Assembly (NCBI GenBank): GCA_012295275.1
Contig: CM022666.1
Span: 5,456,001 to 5,520,000, forward strand
Direction: 5' to 3'
Length of the DNA: 64,000 nt
Source of the DNA: Chrysomallon squamiferum
Taxonomy: Eukaryota > Animalia > Mollusca
Shown: piece by piece, positions 58,349 to 64,000 of the stretch
Numbering within the stretch: the stretch's first letter is position 1
How the letters are laid out: each line of letters opens with the position of its first letter
Translations under genes and position numbers: made by a program
The notes under the pieces: model-generated
Database searches by the model: none
What the model was told of the DNA's origin: nothing
The model's input: only the letters and a program-made list of their open reading frames with translations

Positions 58349-59833
58349 AAAGAAATTAATTTTAACCTAACAAAATTACATTGTGATATCTGTGCATAAT
58401 TGGTATATTTTATAGACAGTATGTTAAATATTGCTGTTATATAACAATGTACATATCATATACTTATATAGATACGCCTACATACGTGCACATCCACACA
58501 CACACACACGTGTATCATGATTAAGTTTTAATAGTTATGCTGTCGTCCTTCACTGTTTGATTTGCTGTCTAAAAAAAAAAAACGACAATAATAACAATGG
58601 TAGCTCACTGGAAACCTGCCCAGTAAATTATCTTTAAAAGTAATTCTACCCGAGCAGTGTTTATAAATATTTATTTTCTTAGCGACGCGGGTAATAAAAA
58701 ATACCCGGCCCACGTGTTCAAGATATTCACTGATTTCAGGCTGGGAAATGTGTACCTAACGTTTGATTGCACCGATATCTTATTTTACAGTCTGCTTGAA
58801 TCACGCGATCACTGTTATCTCTAGTCCAGATAAGCACGTTGAACAACTGAAACATTTTAAAAAGAAATGATGAAAAATAAAAATATTTTTTCTGTCAGAG
58901 AGTAATCATAGATAATGTAGATATTCTACATTAAATTTTTTATAATTTGTTTAGGTTTAGACTGTTGAATAGTGACTAGTTAATAGTCAGCTGTTACTTT
59001 TTCCTTTGTTTCTGTTCATGCACGTACATCACATGTACTTGGCGTAGTCTAGTTTCTGTCATAGAAAAACATCTCACGGCAAACTGTAGAAAGGAAAATT
59101 CTGAAAATAGATTAGTGTGTGTGTGTGTGTGCGTGTGTGTGTGGGTGTGTGTGTGTTTGACTTGCTTGTATTGTATTGTTTTTTGTTTGTTATTGTTGGT
59201 TTTTTTTTTCTTTTTGTTTGTGTGTTTTTTTTTTTTTATGTTTTTTTTTTTCCATCTAAACTCTGCTCTGAATAAGGTCGTACAACAGTTAAGTGCGAAT
59301 ATTAACTAAATATACATAATAGTATACACGTGTGTATAAAATGACTTTGTAGATGTACCACAATTCACGTTTACCTACATTAATTATTTTTACCCAGTAA
59401 GTTGAATAACTTTACATATTAACATTTTTTATCAGTACACTTCCACTTTGCCATGTCACTGAGTAAACTGCGCATGTCAGTGTCTGTTCTAGACCACATA
59501 GCACCCTATTTCGCTTGCTTAACTCTTTTTAATACGACTGACCATGAAGGCTAAATTTACATCAGATAATAGTTTCCTCATTCATAGTACAAAGACCTTA
59601 ATCGTGACTAGAATTCTAGTCACGTGATAGTACTATTATATATAGGTCAGTATGACTTGTCGAAAACGAGAACAGAAGTCACGCTGTAGTTCAGGGGTAC
59701 GCGAGGAATTTAGTCCAGCTGTCAACTGAACACGTGGACACCAATTATTACATTAACTTTCTTTTTCCTTTAAATATCCAGACCAAAGCAGCCTTCCTTC
59801 CTAGCATCCCTTTTTGATGCTCAGTATAGAAAT

Positions 59834-59908
<75 letters not shown>

Positions 59909-60433
59909 ATGAATGTGTGTTTTTCTTTTTAGAAGCATTCCAGAATCATAAATATTATGGTTATTAATTTTATTTTAACTATTATCATCATCATCATTAT
60001 TAATTTGAAATAGTGTGTACCTGAACTCTGAACGTTAATATTAATAATAACAAGAACTACAACGGTAACAACCAGCAATAAATGCACGTAGTTTATTTAT
60101 GAACATTATGCAACTTTTAAATATTAATTTTGTAAGGCATGTCATCCTCTCGATAAAATTTTATTTTCTCATAGCCAATCAAAATGTGATTTGAAGGACA
60201 ACGCGTCATCGGAAAAAAACCAGTTTATGGGAAACTTAATTTTCTGTTTGTTTTCAATTCAATATTATTATCTTCTAAAGTGCAGCTGTCTCTAACACAT
60301 AATATAAATATCATTTCATTAACGAAAAGGAAGTAAAAGGCAATATATATTTCTGAAAGATCTGTCATTATTTTCCTATAGTCTTATTGTAACTGTTTGA
60401 AAAAAAGATCCTGTTGTTTGTGTAGTATTTGTT

Positions 60434-60532
<99 letters not shown>

Positions 60533-60734
60533 TTTATTTCTTTTACTACGGTTTTTTAGATATCATTACTGTTGTTGTGAACACATTAATATAGTTACTT
60601 TTACCATTTTACACAATTATCAGAATCAACATATCATCATCGTAATTACTAATTGTACTACTACTACTATTATTATTATATATATATATTATTATTAATA
60701 TAATATTAATATTAATATTATTATTATTAATATA

Positions 60735-60796
<62 letters not shown>

Positions 60797-60815
60797 TTAA
60801 TGTTATAATAACTAC

Positions 60816-61455
60816 CTGGATTAACTAAAACACAGATTATCGCTCCTAATCCAGCAGCCAACGCGTTGGTACAGTTGATGAAGATGAAAGCAGTGAGGCT
60901 GATTTTACCGTTAGACTTTGGTTCTAGCGATGAAGTCCCTTAAACGTATAAAATATATTCTTTAATTACTGAGCTAATTAGTAAGAGACATAGAGAGAAC
61001 CAGTTAAACAGTATGTATGTATATTTGTGTTTATATTACGAGAGATGGTATCTGTGTACGTGTTTTTGTATAAGTTTAATTCAAATCTGCACTGTCCCTC
61101 TCTCTCGCGTTCTTTCTGTCTCTCTCTCTCTCTCTGTCAATCTCTCTCTCTCTTTCTGTCTCTCTCTCTCTGTCTCTCTTTCTCTCCCTCTGTCAGTCTC
61201 TCTCTGTCAGTCTCTCTCTCTTTCTGTCTCTCTGTCTCTCTTTCTCTCTCTCTGTCTCTCTTTCTCTCTGTCAATCTCTCTCTCGCTCGCTTTTTCTCTC
61301 TCAGTCTGCCTCTCTCTGTCTCTGTCTGTCTCTCTCTCTGTCTGTCTCTGAGTCTCTCTCTGTTTACTCAATGCAATCACCTGATATCAGACTGAATATG
61401 ACAAGAGGAAGAACCATCAAGCGAAGAACTCTCAGAAACAATTCTCCTGGCATTC
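60816..61455 (-). CDS. Two exons of an SLC1 / excitatory amino-acid transporter (dicarboxylate/amino acid:cation symporter) gene; partial
   Basis: Exon 61455-61381 GMPGELFLRVLRLMVLPLVIFSLISG and exon 60938-60816 TSSLEPKSNGKISLTAFIFINCTNALAAGLGAIICVLVNPG; both phase 1-1 with AG/GT. Match the EAAT TM2-TM3 pattern (FPGELLMRML..LVLPLI.SSL..G...LD.K.SG....HPG). Confidence 0.85.
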
Positions 61456-61718
61456 CTGTTAAAATAAAAAATAAAAATATCGTATTTCATTTCATTAGAT
61501 ATTAACAGGCACATACACAGCATGCAGGCATACATACATTCATACACACACACACACACACACACATACACACACACACACACTCTCTCTCTCTGTGTAT
61601 GTGTGTGTGTTATTTCTTGGTTTTATTTATTATTTTACATTTATTTTTTTAAAGAATGTTATTTATGTGTACGCTTTTTTATCTTGGTATTATTGTTTGA
61701 CACAGACTGTCTAGTAAA

Positions 61719-62052
61719 ATGAAATCAGATAGTTCAGTTATTGTCATTTCTCTTATGGTACTAAATTTGATACTCATCAGTCTCACTAAAATATTAAATG
61801 CACAAAAAAAAAAAAAAAAGTTAATGTACAATTGGTTAAATTCGATATAAAATTTTAAAAAGTTGAGTTCATTACGAATTAAATTGAGAAAGAAGATCCA
61901 TATAATAATATAATATTATGAAAAGGAGAAATGTATTGGGCTCTAAAATATATATATCAATTTATAATTAATTTAATATGGACGAAATTAAAATGGTTAT
62001 TAATATTCTTTTCAGAAACTGTTTGAAAATCATACAAAAGCAGAGAAAAGTG
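61719..62052 (+). pseudogene. TNF relic: TM half of coding exon 1 plus coding exon 2
   Basis: MKSDSSVIVISLMVLNLILISL; exon 62016-62052 with donor changed to GC. Paralogue of the 12.5-kb relic. Confidence 0.75.
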
Positions 62053-64000
62053 GCAAGTTAGCACAGACATATACAAAAGCAAATCATAAACTTACACACA
62101 CAGACACACAAACACACAAAAAGACACTCACACAAAAACACATAGCCACTCATATTTATGTATGCACAAACTTTTTCATAATTAAGTATTTGTATGAAGG
62201 GCCGGATTTCCCATACAGGCTTTCTAGACTCGTGCCTAGGACGGCAGTTTATGTTACATAAATTAGAATTTCACATTTGATTTATTAATAATTCATTATG
62301 TAAATGTAAAGCCATGTTTTTGCTTTCAACTAGATCATAAGTTATAACCCATTCATATTATATAAACTAAGTGGGAAGGGTGAGGGGGACTTAAGCATTG
62401 AGGAGGGGGCGAACCCTGTTTGTATGTGTGTACGAGTCTCTGCGTGTATATAACAGTATGTGTGTGTGTGTGTGTGCGCGTATGTGTGTGTGTAACAGTA
62501 TGTGACTTATTTGTATTGTTTTGTATTTTTTGTTTATTATTGTTTATTATTTTTTTTATTTTGTTATCGTTTTCTTGATGTGTTTTGGTTTCCATCTGAA
62601 CTCTGCACTGATTAAGGTCATGCAGTAGTTAACTGCGAGTTCTAACTCAGTATCTGTAACAGTATGAACGCGTGTGTAAAATGACTTTGTAGATGTTCCA
62701 CAACGCACGTTTACCTAACTTAATTTTGTTCTTACGCAGTAAGTTGAATACCCTTACCTATTAGGATTTTCCACCCGTTTACTTCCATTTGAGCGCGTCA
62801 TTGACTGAACTGCGCATGTCAGTGTCTGTTCTAGGTCACAGCATAAAATCACGACAAAACCACCCAAATAGTATCATATTTCGCGTGCTCTAAGTCTTGT
62901 TAATATGAGTACGCACGGACTCATGAAAACTAAACTTACATCAGATAAGAGTTCCTTCTCTACTGGTACACAGACCTTGACACACTAATTGCTTACTGGA
63001 AATCCCGGCACGTGATAGTACTATTATACATCGGTCTTACCGAACACGTGAACAGAAGTGACGCTGTAGTCCAGCGCTCCGCGAGGAATTTAGTCCAGCT
63101 GTCAACTGAACACTTTAAGACCAAAGATTATCATGCATTGAAATGATCAGAGTAATAAATGTTTATATATGCTTTACATTTAAAATTATATAATCTGTAA
63201 AAAAGAAAAGATCGTTAAAGCGGAATATTTTGTTTTCATTATATATTTATAATTTTATCGATGAACTGAGCGAACATCTGCTATAAACTTTATTTATTTA
63301 TTTATTGATTTATTTATTGAGTTATTTAATTATTTAATTATTTGTTTGTTTTTTACTTTTATTTGTTTATTTTACTGTGTTTTATTTCATTTCATTTTAT
63401 TTATTTTCTCTTAATTAATTAATTTATTTCACTTTACTTTTCATAACTTTTTATTTATTTTACGGTATTTTATTTTACTTATTTACTTATTTATTTATTT
63501 AACTAAACGGTTAAAATTTCATAATTCTTTGTGTTTTAAACCGAATGTTAATTTTTCTTTATTTTTCGTTTTGTAAAATAAAAGATGTTGCCTCGCTAAT
63601 GAAAAATAAGAAAATAAAAAGGTATCGGTGTTCAATTTTATTTTCACCAACACTAACAACAACAACAACAACAAATTTATTTATCTTTAATAATAATAAT
63701 GTATTCAAACTTTGTCAATCCGTCTATTAGTAATTCGGTGACATAACATCTATTTATAGCCCAATTCCCGAATAAAACGTGGATTTATTAAACATCTGAA
63801 ATCTTCTTCGAAGGAAAAAACAAGTCAACAACATAGTGTTAATATGCTGTTATTCAAAATGCTGGCAACTGTTCAAAGAATGCTATATTACAGTGTCAAA
63901 AATATTTTAAATAATATTGATGTGTGTGTGTGTATGTGAATTTAACAAATTTAATTGAAGAAAATGTATAATCTCTATTTATACCTAATTAGCAACTAAC

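Noticed and set aside
62198-62420. GC-rich possible hAT MITE end
   Set aside because: No matching TIR pair or TSD could be established.

Overview
AT-rich, microsatellite-dense animal genomic DNA (invertebrate, probably a mollusc; inferred) with one 200-N gap. The core is a young cluster of four TNF-superfamily ligand genes. One is on the minus strand (5.5-9.6 kb) and three are tandem plus-strand copies (16-19.7, 33-36.9, 48.4-51.5 kb). The genes have a non-coding first exon and four coding exons (264 aa, type II: N-terminal hydrophobic anchor, 6-Cys stalk, TNF homology domain). Copy 4 has lost its ATG/anchor exon and carries a divergent THD patch. Three further truncated TNF exon relics are present. 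The spacers are segmental duplications of a patchwork: decayed exons of an unidentified multi-pass membrane gene, a single-TM exon, two intact SLC1/EAAT exons not shown in the ORF track, a full-length Buster-type hAT transposon with TIRs, TSD and a paralogous empty site, an LTR/tRNA-Pro-PBS relic, a FLYWCH/MULE relic and minisatellites. All exon models were read by eye from splice signals and frame; no expression or database evidence was available.
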